Part shown: positions 34,405-45,039 of the stretch, in pieces | Numbering within the stretch: the stretch's first letter is position 1 | How the letters are laid out: each line of letters starts with the position of its first letter | Assembly (NCBI GenBank): GCA_902563075.1 | Contig: CACEWC010000003.1 | Span: 1,324-65,323 of the forward strand | Length of the DNA: 64,000 nucleotides | From: an uncultured Pelagibacteraceae bacterium | Lineage (GTDB): Bacteria; Pseudomonadota; Alphaproteobacteria; Pelagibacterales; Pelagibacteraceae | Reading direction: 5' to 3' | Program-made: the position numbers and the translations under genes | Notes under the pieces: model-generated | The model's database searches: none | What the model was told of the DNA's origin: nothing | Seen by the model: the letters and a program-made list of their open reading frames with translations, nothing else

Positions 34405-35120
34405 AACGGTTAGGTGTAAATATTGATCATATTGCGACAGTTCGAAATGCCAGAGGTGAATTTCATCCTGACCCATATAAAGCTGCATTATTTGTCAAAA
34501 AAAAAGGTGCCGACTCTATTACAATACACCTTCGAGAAGACAGGAGACACATAAGAGATTTAGACGCAAAAAAAATTTGTTCAATAAAAAAATTATTAGT
34601 AAATTTAGAAATTTCAACAAATAGGAATATTGTTAAGAATGCTTTGAGAATAAAACCAAAATTTATTTGTATTGTACCTGAAAATAGAAATGAAATAACA
34701 ACAGAAGGTGGTTTAAATTTAAAGAAAAATAAAAATAAAATTAAAAAGATAATATCACAATTTAAAAAAAAAAAGATTAGAACGAGCCTATTTATAAATC
34801 CAAATATAAAAGATATTTATTTGTCTAAAGAAATAGGTGCTGATTGTGTTGAAATACATACAGGACATTTTTCAAATCTGATAAAATCGAAAAAATCTTT
34901 CATTAAGGAATTTTTAAAGATTAAGAAATGTGCAATATTATCATCAAAAATTGGTGTGGAGGTACATGCTGGACACGGTCTGGATTTCAAATCTACTAAA
35001 ATACTAACCAAGATAAATGAAATAGTAGAGTTTAATATTGGGCATTTTATTATTGGTGAGTCTATTTTTTATGGTTTACCATTTGTCATAAAAAAGTTTA
35101 AAAGAATTATCAAAAATTAA
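34401..35120 (+). CDS. pdxJ: Pyridoxine 5'-phosphate synthase
   Basis: LGVNIDHIATVRNAR, HLREDRRHI, TTEGGL, HAGHGL, NIGH. Confidence 0.97.
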   Translation: MKRLGVNIDHIATVRNARGEFHPDPYKAALFVKKKGADSITIHLREDRRHIRDLDAKKICSIKKLLVNLEISTNRNIVKNALRIKPKFICIVPENRNEITTEGGLNLKKNKNKIKKIISQFKKKKIRTSLFINPNIKDIYLSKEIGADCVEIHTGHFSNLIKSKKSFIKEFLKIKKCAILSSKIGVEVHAGHGLDFKSTKILTKINEIVEFNIGHFIIGESIFYGLPFVIKKFKRIIKN

Positions 35121-35121
35121 A

Positions 35122-35514
35122 ATGAAAATTTTAGGTATCGGTGTAGATATTGTTGAAAATAAAAGGCTTAAAAATTCTATTAAAAATAAAAGTTTTATCT
35201 CAAGATTATTCACTTTACTTGAAATTAAAAATTCTAGTTTGGTAAAAGATAAATCTATCTATTTTTCAAAAAAATTTGCAGCAAAAGAATCATTCTCTAA
35301 AGCGCTTGGCACTGGTTTCAGAAAAGGGTTAAATTTTAAAGATGTTGAAATTTTAAATGATAATTTAGGTAAACCATATTTTAGATTAAATAACAAAACC
35401 AAAAAAATTATAATGAAAACGTTAAAAGTTAAAAATTTTGATATATTTCTTTCAATATCTGATGAAAAAGAATATTCAATTGCATTTACTATAATTCAGG
35501 CCAAAAATGTTTAA
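35122..35514 (+). CDS. acpS: Holo-ACP synthase
   Basis: GIGVDIVE, FAAKESFSKALGTG, LGKP, LSISDE. Confidence 0.95.
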   Translation: MKILGIGVDIVENKRLKNSIKNKSFISRLFTLLEIKNSSLVKDKSIYFSKKFAAKESFSKALGTGFRKGLNFKDVEILNDNLGKPYFRLNNKTKKIIMKTLKVKNFDIFLSISDEKEYSIAFTIIQAKNV

Positions 35515-36241
35515 TAAAAAATTTTTTATAGAAAACTTTAAGACACTTTTTTATGCTTTTATTATAGCTATAATTATTAGATCCTTAATCATCCAACCAT
35601 TTTATATTCCATCTTCATCCATGGAACCTGGTTTATTAGTTGGAGACAGACTTTTTGTAACAAAATATTCATATGGTTATAGCAAGCACTCATTTCCATT
35701 TAGTCCACCTATTTTTGAGAATAGAATTTTTTCTAGCAAGCCAAATAGGGGTGACGTAATAGTTTTTAAAACCCCTGCAGATAATAGAACAGATTATATT
35801 AAAAGACTTATTGGTCTACCGGGAGATAGAATTCAGTTTGTGGATTCCAATTTATATCTAAATAATAGTGAAATTCTTAAATCGAAAGTTTCAGAAAGAG
35901 ATACAATTTATTGTGGGGAGAAGACTATTAATGTTTTTACATTTGAGGAAAAATTACCAAACGGAAAAATTTACAAAACCGTCTATCTCAAAAATTTCGC
36001 TTTTGATAATTCTGATGTTTTTACTGTTCCTGATAACCATTACTTCTTTTTAGGTGATAATAGAGATTGTTCAAAAGATAGCAGGTATTTAACCAGCGTG
36101 GGTTATGTTCATGAAGATAATCTAGTTGGTAAAGCAAGATTTATTTTTTTTTCATCTGATAGATCAGTTGGTAGTATTTTTGCTTTTTGGAAATGGAACA
36201 AATCTATTCGATTTGACAGATTTTTTAAGAAAATTATTTGA
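35507..36241 (+). CDS. lepB: Signal peptidase I
   Basis: PFYIPSSSMEP, YIKRLIGLPGD, GDNRDCSKDSR. Confidence 0.96.
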   Translation: MFNKKFFIENFKTLFYAFIIAIIIRSLIIQPFYIPSSSMEPGLLVGDRLFVTKYSYGYSKHSFPFSPPIFENRIFSSKPNRGDVIVFKTPADNRTDYIKRLIGLPGDRIQFVDSNLYLNNSEILKSKVSERDTIYCGEKTINVFTFEEKLPNGKIYKTVYLKNFAFDNSDVFTVPDNHYFFLGDNRDCSKDSRYLTSVGYVHEDNLVGKARFIFFSSDRSVGSIFAFWKWNKSIRFDRFFKKII

Positions 36242-36906
36242 TGAAAATTAATTATTCTAAACTTGAAAAAAAAATAGATTATAAGTTTAAAAATAGAAAT
36301 TTACTTGTTCAAAGTCTTACTCATAAAAGTTTTAATAAAATGAATAATAATGAAAAAATAGAATTTTTAGGAGACAGAGTTTTGGGTTTAGTTATCGCAA
36401 AAAAACTTTTAGAGATCTATCCAGATGAAAAGGAAGGAATTTTGGATAAAAAATATGCTTCATTAGTAAATAAAAAGACATGTTTGGAAATTGCTAAAAG
36501 TATTAATTTGCAAAATTATATTTTAATTTGTAATCCTAGAAATAGATCAGTTACAATTGAGGATAAGGTGATATCAGACAGTTGTGAAGCTTTAATTGGA
36601 GCTATTTACCTTGATAGGGGATTTAATATAACAGAGAAAATTATATTAGAATTGTGGAAAGAAAAAATAAAAGAAAGTGTGATTACTCAAATTGATGCAA
36701 AAACAAAACTTCAAGAGTTTTCATTGAAAAAGTTCAAAAGACTGCCTACTTATAAAATAATCTCTAATACCGGCCCGAGACATAAGCCTATTTTTAGAGT
36801 TGCTGTAAAATTACAAAATACGAAATTTTATAATGGTGAGGGAAAGTCTAAAAAAGAAGCAGAGCAGAATGCAGCTTTACTTTGTTTAAATGATAATTTG
36901 ATTTGA
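36241..36906 (+). CDS. rnc: Ribonuclease III
   Basis: LTHKS, NEKIEFLGDRVL, EALIGAIYLD, dsRBD KTKLQE..GKSKKEAEQ. Confidence 0.96.
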   Translation: MKINYSKLEKKIDYKFKNRNLLVQSLTHKSFNKMNNNEKIEFLGDRVLGLVIAKKLLEIYPDEKEGILDKKYASLVNKKTCLEIAKSINLQNYILICNPRNRSVTIEDKVISDSCEALIGAIYLDRGFNITEKIILELWKEKIKESVITQIDAKTKLQEFSLKKFKRLPTYKIISNTGPRHKPIFRVAVKLQNTKFYNGEGKSKKEAEQNAALLCLNDNLI

Positions 36907-37586
36907 TGAATTGGGACGATACAGGTTTTTTACTTTCAAAAAATAGATATAACGAGAATTCTCTTATTTCAGAATTTTATACTAAAAATCATGGAAAAAT
37001 ATCGGGTATCGTTTTTGGTGGTACCTCAAAAAAAATCAAAAATTATCTTCAAATTGGTAATCAACTTCATCTAAATTATAACACTAAATCTGAGAATAAA
37101 TTAGGATATTTTAAATTAGAAATCCAAAAAGTTTATTCACCTATATATTTTGAAAATTCTCAAAAACTTTCATGCATTAATTCTGCAATGAGTTTAATTC
37201 GTTTACTAACAGCTGAGTCTCAATCTAATATAAAAATATTTAACCTTATTGAAAAATTTTACTTGATACTCTCAAATGATGACTGGTTAAAAGATTATAT
37301 TTTTTGGGAATTAGAATTACTTAAGACCATAGGTTTTGATTTAGAATTAAGTAATTTTGCAACTAAAGAGTTATTAGATGATAAAATAATATATGTAGTT
37401 AAATCTAAAAATGAAAAAAAGATAATACCAAATTTTCTAATTGATAAGAAAATTGTAGTTAATGATTTGAATATACTTTTAAATGGATTGAAATTGGTAA
37501 GTGATTTTTTAGAAAAAACCATATTAAAACCAAATAACTTAAACTATCCAATTAGCAGAACTCAGTTCATAAATTCATTGAGATAA
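36906..37586 (+). CDS. recO: DNA repair protein RecO
   Basis: MNWDDTGFLLS..YNENS...FYT..HGK, FWELELLK.IGF.L; follows rnc. Confidence 0.88.
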   Translation: MNWDDTGFLLSKNRYNENSLISEFYTKNHGKISGIVFGGTSKKIKNYLQIGNQLHLNYNTKSENKLGYFKLEIQKVYSPIYFENSQKLSCINSAMSLIRLLTAESQSNIKIFNLIEKFYLILSNDDWLKDYIFWELELLKTIGFDLELSNFATKELLDDKIIYVVKSKNEKKIIPNFLIDKKIVVNDLNILLNGLKLVSDFLEKTILKPNNLNYPISRTQFINSLR

Positions 37587-38576
37587 TTAAAGTAAAATTT
37601 CATTTAATCTATCTGCGTAATAAGTTACTATTGCGTTTGCACCAGCTCTTTTAAAACTCATTAAATTTTCAAATATCGCATCTTTATTTATTATTTTTTT
37701 TTCTACAGCATTGGATAACATGCTATATTCACCAGAAACTTGGTAGGCAAAAACTGGAATTTTAAATTGATTTTTTATTGATCTGATAATATCAAGATAG
37801 GGTAACCCAGGTTTTACCATGACCATATCTGCACCCTCTTTTATATCTAAAGCCACCTCTCTTATTGCTTCATCATAATTCCTAAAATCCATTTGATAAG
37901 TTTTTTTATCTCCTTTTAGGGCAACCTTAGATCCTACAGCATCTCTAAAAGGGCCATAAAAGTTAGAGGCATATTTGACTGCGTAAGAAAGAATTTGAGT
38001 ATTTTTGAAATTTTCTTTGTCTAGAGCTTTTCTAATTCTACCAATTCGTCCATCCATCATATCTGATGGTGCTAACACATCACATCCCATTTGAGCTTGT
38101 AATAAAGATTGCTGAATTAAGATCTCTATAGTTTCGTCATTCATTATATTGTTTGATTTGAGAATTCCATCATGACCATGTTTTGTATAAGGATCCAGAG
38201 CCACATCACACATTATTCCAATTTTGTTTTTGTATCTTTTTTTAATGTATTTTATAGCTTTACATACTAAATTATCTTCATTTATAGCTTCACTCCCTAA
38301 ATCATCTTTTAATTTAGGTGATGTATAAGGAAATAAAGCAACCATAGGTATTTGATTTTTAATAGCTCGATCTAAGATTATTCCCAATCTATTAATAGAA
38401 TATCTATATACACCTGGCATAGATTTTATTGGTTGGGTCTTGTTTTTACCCTCAATCAAAAATATGGGAAGTATAAAGTCATTAGGTGATAAATTGTTTT
38501 CTGAGACTAGTCTCCTTGACCAGCTGTTTTTTCTATTTCTTCTTAGTCTCAGACTAGGATATTTTCCTGTAATCAT
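37587..38576 (-). CDS. hemB: Porphobilinogen synthase (start reassigned to ATG 38576)
   Basis: RLRRNR, DVALDPYTKHGHDG, APSDMMDGR, FYGPFRDA, MVKPG. Confidence 0.96.
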   Translation of the reverse strand: MITGKYPSLRLRRNRKNSWSRRLVSENNLSPNDFILPIFLIEGKNKTQPIKSMPGVYRYSINRLGIILDRAIKNQIPMVALFPYTSPKLKDDLGSEAINEDNLVCKAIKYIKKRYKNKIGIMCDVALDPYTKHGHDGILKSNNIMNDETIEILIQQSLLQAQMGCDVLAPSDMMDGRIGRIRKALDKENFKNTQILSYAVKYASNFYGPFRDAVGSKVALKGDKKTYQMDFRNYDEAIREVALDIKEGADMVMVKPGLPYLDIIRSIKNQFKIPVFAYQVSGEYSMLSNAVEKKIINKDAIFENLMSFKRAGANAIVTYYADRLNEILL

Positions 38577-38649
38577 ATTTAATTTTATTTTAAAAATGCG
38601 ACAAATGTAATATACACATATATAGTAAAAAGGGTACAAAGCAATCACG

Positions 38650-39288
38650 ATGACAGTCGAAAATACAAAGATAATAAATTTGAATGTAAAAAAAGAAGAA
38701 CGGGTTTTAGATTTTAGTGACTTCCAAAAACAAGAAATAAAATTTGACATCTCAAAACTTCAAGAAGCGTATAATCAAATTATTCAGACTAAAAAGTTTG
38801 AGGACGCAGGTGTTACCCATTTTGGCGCCATATCTTTAACGCAAATTCCTGGTGATCCAGATTCTATTAAAGGAAATAAAGCAAGAGGTCTTTATTGGAC
38901 TAAACCTGACAGATCCGGCAAAGAAGTAATGAGGGAAGGAGCGATAAATGAATCTGCATATAGTGAATTTATTAAAGATTATGATAATACTTACTTTAAG
39001 CATGTGTATGATGTTTTGTCCTCAAAGTATAAATTAGGTAGGATGAGAATTTTACTTAAGGAACCACGATCAACCTTAAGTTGGCATAGAGATCCAGAGC
39101 CTAGATTACATATACCTATAATTACTAACCCCGGTTGTATTATGGTTATAGATAATGTTGCTAAACACATGCCAGCAGATGGATCTGTTTGGATTACAAA
39201 TAACACAAAATACCATAATGCCTTTAATGGTGGTGAAGAAAATAGAATACATCTTGTTGCATGTGTTTTAGATTACAAATTCAATTAA
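38650..39288 (+). CDS. Aspartyl/asparaginyl beta-hydroxylase-like 2OG-Fe(II) dioxygenase
   Basis: GRMRIL, LSWHRD (HxD), RLHIPIITN, HNAFNGG..RIHLV. Confidence 0.75.
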   Translation: MTVENTKIINLNVKKEERVLDFSDFQKQEIKFDISKLQEAYNQIIQTKKFEDAGVTHFGAISLTQIPGDPDSIKGNKARGLYWTKPDRSGKEVMREGAINESAYSEFIKDYDNTYFKHVYDVLSSKYKLGRMRILLKEPRSTLSWHRDPEPRLHIPIITNPGCIMVIDNVAKHMPADGSVWITNNTKYHNAFNGGEENRIHLVACVLDYKFN

Positions 39289-39289
39289 T

Positions 39290-39715
39290 TTGAAAAAAAT
39301 TTTTATTTCCTCAGATCACGCCGGATTTAAATTAAAAGAAGACATAAAAAAACACCTTAAAAGTTTAAAATTAAATTTTAATGATCTTGGACCTGTAAAT
39401 GATAATAGAGTTGATTATCCTGACTACGCACATAAATTAGCAAAAAAAGTTAAAATTGGTAAAAATAATGTTGGAATCTTAGTATGTGGCTCAGGTACAG
39501 GAATGAATATTGCGGCAAATAAGCATAAAAATATACGTGCAGCTCAGTGTTTTAACGCAAAATCTACCAAATTATCCAGATTGCATAATGATGCAAACAT
39601 CATTACATTGGGATCTAGATTAATTAGTAAAAAAAATGCTTTCAAATTTATAAAAATTTTTTTAAATACTAAATTTGACGGTGGTAGACACTTAAGAAGG
39701 GTTAAAAAGATTTAA
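39290..39715 (+). CDS. rpiB: Ribose-5-phosphate isomerase B (TTG start)
   Basis: SDHAGF.LK, VDYPD, CGSGTGM.IAANK, HNDAN, GGRH.RRV. Confidence 0.95.
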   Translation: MKKIFISSDHAGFKLKEDIKKHLKSLKLNFNDLGPVNDNRVDYPDYAHKLAKKVKIGKNNVGILVCGSGTGMNIAANKHKNIRAAQCFNAKSTKLSRLHNDANIITLGSRLISKKNAFKFIKIFLNTKFDGGRHLRRVKKI

Positions 39716-39717
39716 TT

Positions 39718-41025
39718 ATGTCTAGTGAAAAGAGTTATTTAAATGATAGCTATAAAAGTTTTTTTGAGGATGGTTTATCCATAAAAGATCCTGAATTATA
39801 TAAAGCTATTAAAGATGAACTAATAAGACAGCAACAACATATTGAGTTAATTGCTTCAGAAAATATAGTTTCTCAAGCTGTCTTGGAAGCCCAAGGTTCA
39901 GTGTTAACAAACAAATATGCAGAAGGCTATCCAGGTAAGCGTTATTACAACGGTTGCGAACATGTTGATGTCGCAGAAAATCTTGCAAATGATAGATTAA
40001 AAAAATTATTCAATTGTAAATTTGCAAACTCTCAACCTCACTCAGGTGCACAAGCTAATGGTGCTGTATTTTTAGCTCTATTAAGTCCAGGTGATACATT
40101 TATGGGAATGAGTTTAAATTCTGGTGGACATATAACTCACGGTTTAAAAATTTCAATGTCTGGTAAATGGTTTAATGCAATTAGTTATGACGTCGATAAA
40201 AAATCTGAACTCATAGACTATGATAATGTTGAAAAACTTGCCTTAGAACATAAACCGAAATTAATTATAGCTGGTGGAAGTGCTTACTCGAGAGTAATAG
40301 ATTTTAAAAGATTTAGAGAAATTGCTGATAAAGTTGGTGCTTATCTTATGGTTGATATGGCACATTTTTCTGGATTAGTTGCAGGAAAAGGATATCCAAA
40401 CCCATGTGATCATGCCCATGTTGTTACATCAACAACACATAAAGTTTTTAGAAGTGCAAGAGGTGGAATAATTTTAACTAATCATGAGGATCTTGCGAAA
40501 AAATTTAACACTGCGGTTTTTCCTGGATACCAAGGTGGTCCATTAATGCATGTTATCGCAGCTAAAGCTGCGGGTTTTCTAGAAGCTTTACAACCAGAAT
40601 TTAAAGATTACATAAAGTCAGTCCTAGCGAATGCAAAAATGTTAGCTGAAACTTTAAAAAATAATGGTTTTAAAATTTATTCTAACGGAACTGATACACA
40701 TTTAATGTTGGTAGATTTGAGACCTTACAAAGTTAAAGGTAATCTTGCTGCTGAGAGTCTTTCAAGAGCAAACATTACTTGTAACAAAAATGGAATTCCT
40801 TTTGATACTGAAAAGCCAATGATTACCTCAGGTATAAGATTAGGAACTCAAGCAGCTACAACACGTGGCTTTGGTTTAAATGAATTTAAAACTGTTGGTG
40901 AATTAATTACAAAAACTTTAAAAGGTTTATCCGAAAATCCAAACGATAACAGCAAAGTAGAAAACGAAGTTAAAAATGAAGTTATTTCTTTAACTTCATC
41001 ATTTCCGATATATAAGAACTTATAA
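39718..41025 (+). CDS. glyA: Serine hydroxymethyltransferase
   Basis: [33 protein letters not shown]. Confidence 0.98.
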   Translation: MSSEKSYLNDSYKSFFEDGLSIKDPELYKAIKDELIRQQQHIELIASENIVSQAVLEAQGSVLTNKYAEGYPGKRYYNGCEHVDVAENLANDRLKKLFNCKFANSQPHSGAQANGAVFLALLSPGDTFMGMSLNSGGHITHGLKISMSGKWFNAISYDVDKKSELIDYDNVEKLALEHKPKLIIAGGSAYSRVIDFKRFREIADKVGAYLMVDMAHFSGLVAGKGYPNPCDHAHVVTSTTHKVFRSARGGIILTNHEDLAKKFNTAVFPGYQGGPLMHVIAAKAAGFLEALQPEFKDYIKSVLANAKMLAETLKNNGFKIYSNGTDTHLMLVDLRPYKVKGNLAAESLSRANITCNKNGIPFDTEKPMITSGIRLGTQAATTRGFGLNEFKTVGELITKTLKGLSENPNDNSKVENEVKNEVISLTSSFPIYKNL

Positions 41026-41028
41026 TTA

Positions 41029-41487
41029 ATGATTTGTTCAATATGTAAAAAAGGGGAGACCTCTGTTGTCGACTCACGTCCTACAGAGGATGGTACAGCA
41101 ATAAGAAGAAGAAGACTTTGTGTTTGTGGCGCACGCTTTACAACATTTGAGAGGGTTCAATTTAGAGAAATTATGGTAATTAAAAAGAATGGCAGAAAGT
41201 CTGCCTTTGATAGAGATAAATTATCAAAATCAATTTATATAGCTTTAAAGAAACGCCCAATCGATACAGAAACTGCTGAAAAATTCATAAGTAAAATTTC
41301 AAGAACTCTTGAAGAGCTAGGTCAAAGTGAAATATCAACAAATACTATTGGCACTATGGTTATGGAAGGCTTAAAGGAATTAGATCCTGTTGCATATGTT
41401 CGTTTTGCATCTGTTTATAGAAATTTCCGAGAGGAAAAAGATTTTGTACAATTCGTGGACAAGCTTGATGTCTACAAAAAAAGATAA
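41029..41487 (+). CDS. nrdR: Transcriptional repressor NrdR
   Basis: VVDSR, IRRRR.C, RFTTFER, ATP cone, [10 protein letters not shown]. Confidence 0.96.
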   Translation: MICSICKKGETSVVDSRPTEDGTAIRRRRLCVCGARFTTFERVQFREIMVIKKNGRKSAFDRDKLSKSIYIALKKRPIDTETAEKFISKISRTLEELGQSEISTNTIGTMVMEGLKELDPVAYVRFASVYRNFREEKDFVQFVDKLDVYKKR

Positions 41488-42574
41488 ATTTTCAAGCAAA
41501 GATAAATTATATATGGAGATAGCCTTGAAACTGGCTAAATCTCGATATGGTCATACAGGATCAAATCCTTCTGTTGGATGCGTGATTGTTAAACACGATA
41601 AAATTATTTCTATTGGTCAAACTTCAATAAATGGTAGACCCCATGCGGAGTCTAACGCAATAAAAAACTCAATAGATAATTTAAATGGATCGAAAATGTA
41701 TGTCACCTTGGAACCATGTTGTCATCATGGTGTGACACCACCTTGTACAAATTTAATTATAAAATCTAAAATTTCAGAAGTAATTTACTCAGTTCCAGAT
41801 GTAGATATTAGAGTTAAGAATAAAAGTTTTAAAATTTTAAGATCAAAAAAAATTAAAGTTAAAAAAGGACTTCTAGAGAAAAAAGTTAAAAATTTTTATT
41901 CAACATATTTTTTTAATAGAAAGAAAAAATTGCCATATGTTACTGGTAAGATAGCTGTTTCAAAAAATAATCTGATTTATAGTAAATTAGATAAAAAGAT
42001 TACAAACACTAAGGCTGATAAATTTACCCATCTATTAAGATATAAAAATGACTCATTAATGATTTCATACAAAACATTGAATAATGATAATCCAAAATTA
42101 AATTGCAGATTAAATGGTTTAAAGAAATATTCCCCGAAAAGAATCATCTTAGATAGTAAACTTAATACTAATATTAATAGTTTTATTATAAAAACAGCAA
42201 ACAAGTCTAATACTATTATTTTTTACAATAAAGCTGATAATTCACAAATTTTAAGTTTTAAAAAAAAAGGAATAAATTTGATTAGATCTAAGATTGATAA
42301 CAAAGGAAGATTTGATATCAAAACTATATTAAGAAAATTATATAAATTGAGATGTAGAAATTTATTAGTAGAAGGAGGTGATGAGTTAACAAATTATCTT
42401 TTAAGGAACAAAATTTTCAATAGATTCTATTTATACAAAAGTGATAGAAAACTCTCAAAAAAAACAGAATATTTGAATTTTAATAGTTTAAATTTATTGA
42501 AACAAAAATATAAAAAGAAAATAGAATTAAAACTAGATTTAGGAAAAAATAAAATAACATTATATAAAATTTAA
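41468..42574 (+). CDS. ribD: Riboflavin biosynthesis deaminase/reductase RibD (likely start 41468)
   Basis: [34 protein letters not shown]. Confidence 0.93.
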   Translation: MSTKKDKFSSKDKLYMEIALKLAKSRYGHTGSNPSVGCVIVKHDKIISIGQTSINGRPHAESNAIKNSIDNLNGSKMYVTLEPCCHHGVTPPCTNLIIKSKISEVIYSVPDVDIRVKNKSFKILRSKKIKVKKGLLEKKVKNFYSTYFFNRKKKLPYVTGKIAVSKNNLIYSKLDKKITNTKADKFTHLLRYKNDSLMISYKTLNNDNPKLNCRLNGLKKYSPKRIILDSKLNTNINSFIIKTANKSNTIIFYNKADNSQILSFKKKGINLIRSKIDNKGRFDIKTILRKLYKLRCRNLLVEGGDELTNYLLRNKIFNRFYLYKSDRKLSKKTEYLNFNSLNLLKQKYKKKIELKLDLGKNKITLYKI

Positions 42575-42575
42575 T

Positions 42576-43169
42576 ATGTTTAATGGAATAATATATAATC
42601 AGGGTATAATAAAAAAAATTGTCAAAAGACCTAAAGGCATTAATATTTTTGTAAAAAGCAATCTTAAAGTATCTAAAAAAGATATTGGATTATCGGTAGC
42701 CTGTGATGGTGTATGTTTAACATTAATTTCTTATAAATCAAAATTGATGGAGTTTTATCTTTCAAAAGAAACGATAATCCGATCTAAATTTAGATATATA
42801 AAGAATAAAGATATAATTAATTTAGAGTTACCACTAAAGTATGGAACAAAAATTTCAGGACATATTTGCCAAGGTCATGTTGATACAGTTGCGAAAGTTT
42901 TAAGTATAAAAAAAATTGATAAATCATTTGTTTTTGACTTTGAGATACCCAAGAAAGAAAAAAAACATCTCATTGAAAAGGCTTCAATTTGTGTAAATGG
43001 AATATCACTTACAATTTCAAAAGTAACCAAACAAGGTTTTCAAATTTGGATAATTCCACATACCTATAAAGAAACAAATTTATCAAAAATCAATAAATAT
43101 AATTTAGTAAATATTGAGATAGATATCTTATCTAAATACGTTAGAAATTATTTTTATGAAAAAAAATAA
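42576..43169 (+). CDS. ribE: Riboflavin synthase
   Basis: MFNGII, SVACDGVCLT, GHICQGHVD, IIPHT, VNIEIDI. Confidence 0.94.
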   Translation: MFNGIIYNQGIIKKIVKRPKGINIFVKSNLKVSKKDIGLSVACDGVCLTLISYKSKLMEFYLSKETIIRSKFRYIKNKDIINLELPLKYGTKISGHICQGHVDTVAKVLSIKKIDKSFVFDFEIPKKEKKHLIEKASICVNGISLTISKVTKQGFQIWIIPHTYKETNLSKINKYNLVNIEIDILSKYVRNYFYEKK

Positions 43170-44256
43170 TTTTGCACCTATAGAAACAATTATAAGTGTC
43201 GCTAAAAAGGGAGGTATGTTCATATTAGTTGATGATGAAAAAAGAGAAAACGAGGGTGATTTAGTGATTTCATCATCAGACTCAACAGCAAAAAATATTA
43301 ATTTCATGGCAAAACATGGTCGTGGTTTAATTTGTTTAGCATTGGATAGTTTACAAGCTAAGAGATTAAATTTATCCTTAATGTCTCCTATAAATCAATC
43401 GAGAAATCAAACAGCTTTTACAATTTCTATAGAAGCAAAAAAGGGGATTACAACAGGTATATCGGCTAAAGATAGGGCTAAAACAATTAAGATCGCATCA
43501 AAAAAAAATGTTAATAAAAAAGATATAGTATCACCTGGTCATATTTTTCCAATTATTGCTAAAGATGGAGGTGTTTTAGTAAGGGCAGGTCATACAGAAG
43601 CCTCTGTCGATATATCAAAACTCGCAAAAAAAAATAATTCAGCGGTTATTTGTGAAATTATGAACGAAAATGGTACAATGGCCAAAGGCCAAGATCTATT
43701 TGATTTCGCAAAAAAACATAAGCTTAAAATTGGAAAAATAGAAGATTTAATTGCTTATAGATTAAAAAAAGAAAAATTAATAAGGTTAAAGAAACAAAGT
43801 CAGATCAGTGTCAAAAACCAAAAATATAAAATTAGAATTTATGAGAATTTGTTAGATGGTGCAGAACATTTTGCTCTTATAAAGGGTAAAATTAAAAGTG
43901 GTATCACTCCAAGAGTTAGGGTAATTTCATCAAATATTGTTCAAAATTATTTAATAAATCAAAAGCTGCCAAATTCATTTAATAAAACTTTAAATTATTT
44001 TAAAAAATATCAAAATTGCGTTTTAGTCTTTATAAAAGATTCAAATTTAAGGTCAGTAACGCAGACATTAAAAAAATATAAGAACAAAGAATTTATCAAA
44101 AAGGGAAATGATAAATTAATTAGAAATTATGGAATTGGAGCTCAAATAATTAAAGATCTAAAAATTAAAAATATGATATTAATTACTAGATCTTTAAAAA
44201 AAGTTATTGGACTTGATGGATATGGAATTAAAATTAAAAAACAAGAATTGATATAA
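43156..44256 (+). CDS. ribB: DHBP synthase fused to degenerate GTP cyclohydrolase II-like domain (RibBX type)
   Basis: DDEKRENEGDL, TTGISAKDRA, RAGHTEA; C-terminal RNYGIGAQIIKDL but no RibA Cys motif. Confidence 0.92.
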   Translation: MKKNNFAPIETIISVAKKGGMFILVDDEKRENEGDLVISSSDSTAKNINFMAKHGRGLICLALDSLQAKRLNLSLMSPINQSRNQTAFTISIEAKKGITTGISAKDRAKTIKIASKKNVNKKDIVSPGHIFPIIAKDGGVLVRAGHTEASVDISKLAKKNNSAVICEIMNENGTMAKGQDLFDFAKKHKLKIGKIEDLIAYRLKKEKLIRLKKQSQISVKNQKYKIRIYENLLDGAEHFALIKGKIKSGITPRVRVISSNIVQNYLINQKLPNSFNKTLNYFKKYQNCVLVFIKDSNLRSVTQTLKKYKNKEFIKKGNDKLIRNYGIGAQIIKDLKIKNMILITRSLKKVIGLDGYGIKIKKQELI

Positions 44257-44645
44257 TGAATAAAAAAATTCTAATAGTTTTAGCTAATTATTATAAAGAT
44301 ATAAGTGATGGATTGCTAAAAAGTGCTTTAAAAAATATACCTAAGTCAAGCCATGTAAAGATTATCAGAGTTCCAGGTGTTTTTGAAATCCCAGTCACAA
44401 TATCAAAAAATATAAAAAAGTTTGATGCATTCCTAGCTTTAGGATGCGTTATCAAAGGTCAAACACCTCATTTTGATTTTATATCACAAACATCTACTAA
44501 CGCCATAATGGATATATCTGTAAGCCAGAAAAAACCTATTGGTAATGGTATTATTACTTGTTTAAATATGAAGCAAGCAAAAGCAAGAAGAAGTAAAGGT
44601 GCTGAGGCTGCAACCGCGGTGATTTCCATATTATTTCAAAAATGA
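44256..44645 (+). CDS. ribH: 6,7-dimethyl-8-ribityllumazine synthase
   Basis: VPGVFEIP, ALGCVIKGQTPHFDFI, PIGNGII. Confidence 0.95.
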   Translation: MNKKILIVLANYYKDISDGLLKSALKNIPKSSHVKIIRVPGVFEIPVTISKNIKKFDAFLALGCVIKGQTPHFDFISQTSTNAIMDISVSQKKPIGNGIITCLNMKQAKARRSKGAEAATAVISILFQK

Positions 44646-45038
44646 AGACTCACTTTAAGCCAAAAAATAATCCTAGAGTAATCATTATTCAAAAAACTTT
44701 ATGGGAAGTTTTATAATGAAGATAATGATTTAAATTTTCCTAAACATAGGTTTAAAAAATTTATTAAAGATATTGTTCTAGGCACTATTGAAAGAAATGA
44801 TCTTATTCTAGAGGAATTAAATAACAAACTTGGGGATCAGTTTATTTTTAAAAAACTAGATAAAATTTTTCAAACTATTCTTAAAGCTGCAACTTATGAA
44901 TTTATGTATAAACCAAATTTATCAATAAATATTATTATTAAAGAATATCTGAATTCCTCTAATTTTTTTCTCGAGGACTCTCAAACAAAATATCTCAATG
45001 CTCTATTAGATGATTTAGGAAAAAAATTGCGATCTTAA
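44642..45038 (+). pseudogene. nusB: Transcription antitermination factor NusB, frameshifted as given (one extra A in A6 run 44691-44696); may be a sequencing error
   Basis: ATG overlaps ribH stop; removing one A gives a 131-aa ORF with RVIIIQKLY, LDKIFQTILKAATYE, IIIKEYL, YLNALLD; canonical ribH-nusB-thiL position. Confidence 0.88.
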
Positions 45039-45039
45039 A

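Noticed and set aside
38577-38750. N-terminal extension of hemB in the ORF track; similar over-long starts for panC, ugd, folK and ribD
   Set aside because: The extensions overlap neighbouring genes and lack family similarity; downstream starts fit the family N-termini.
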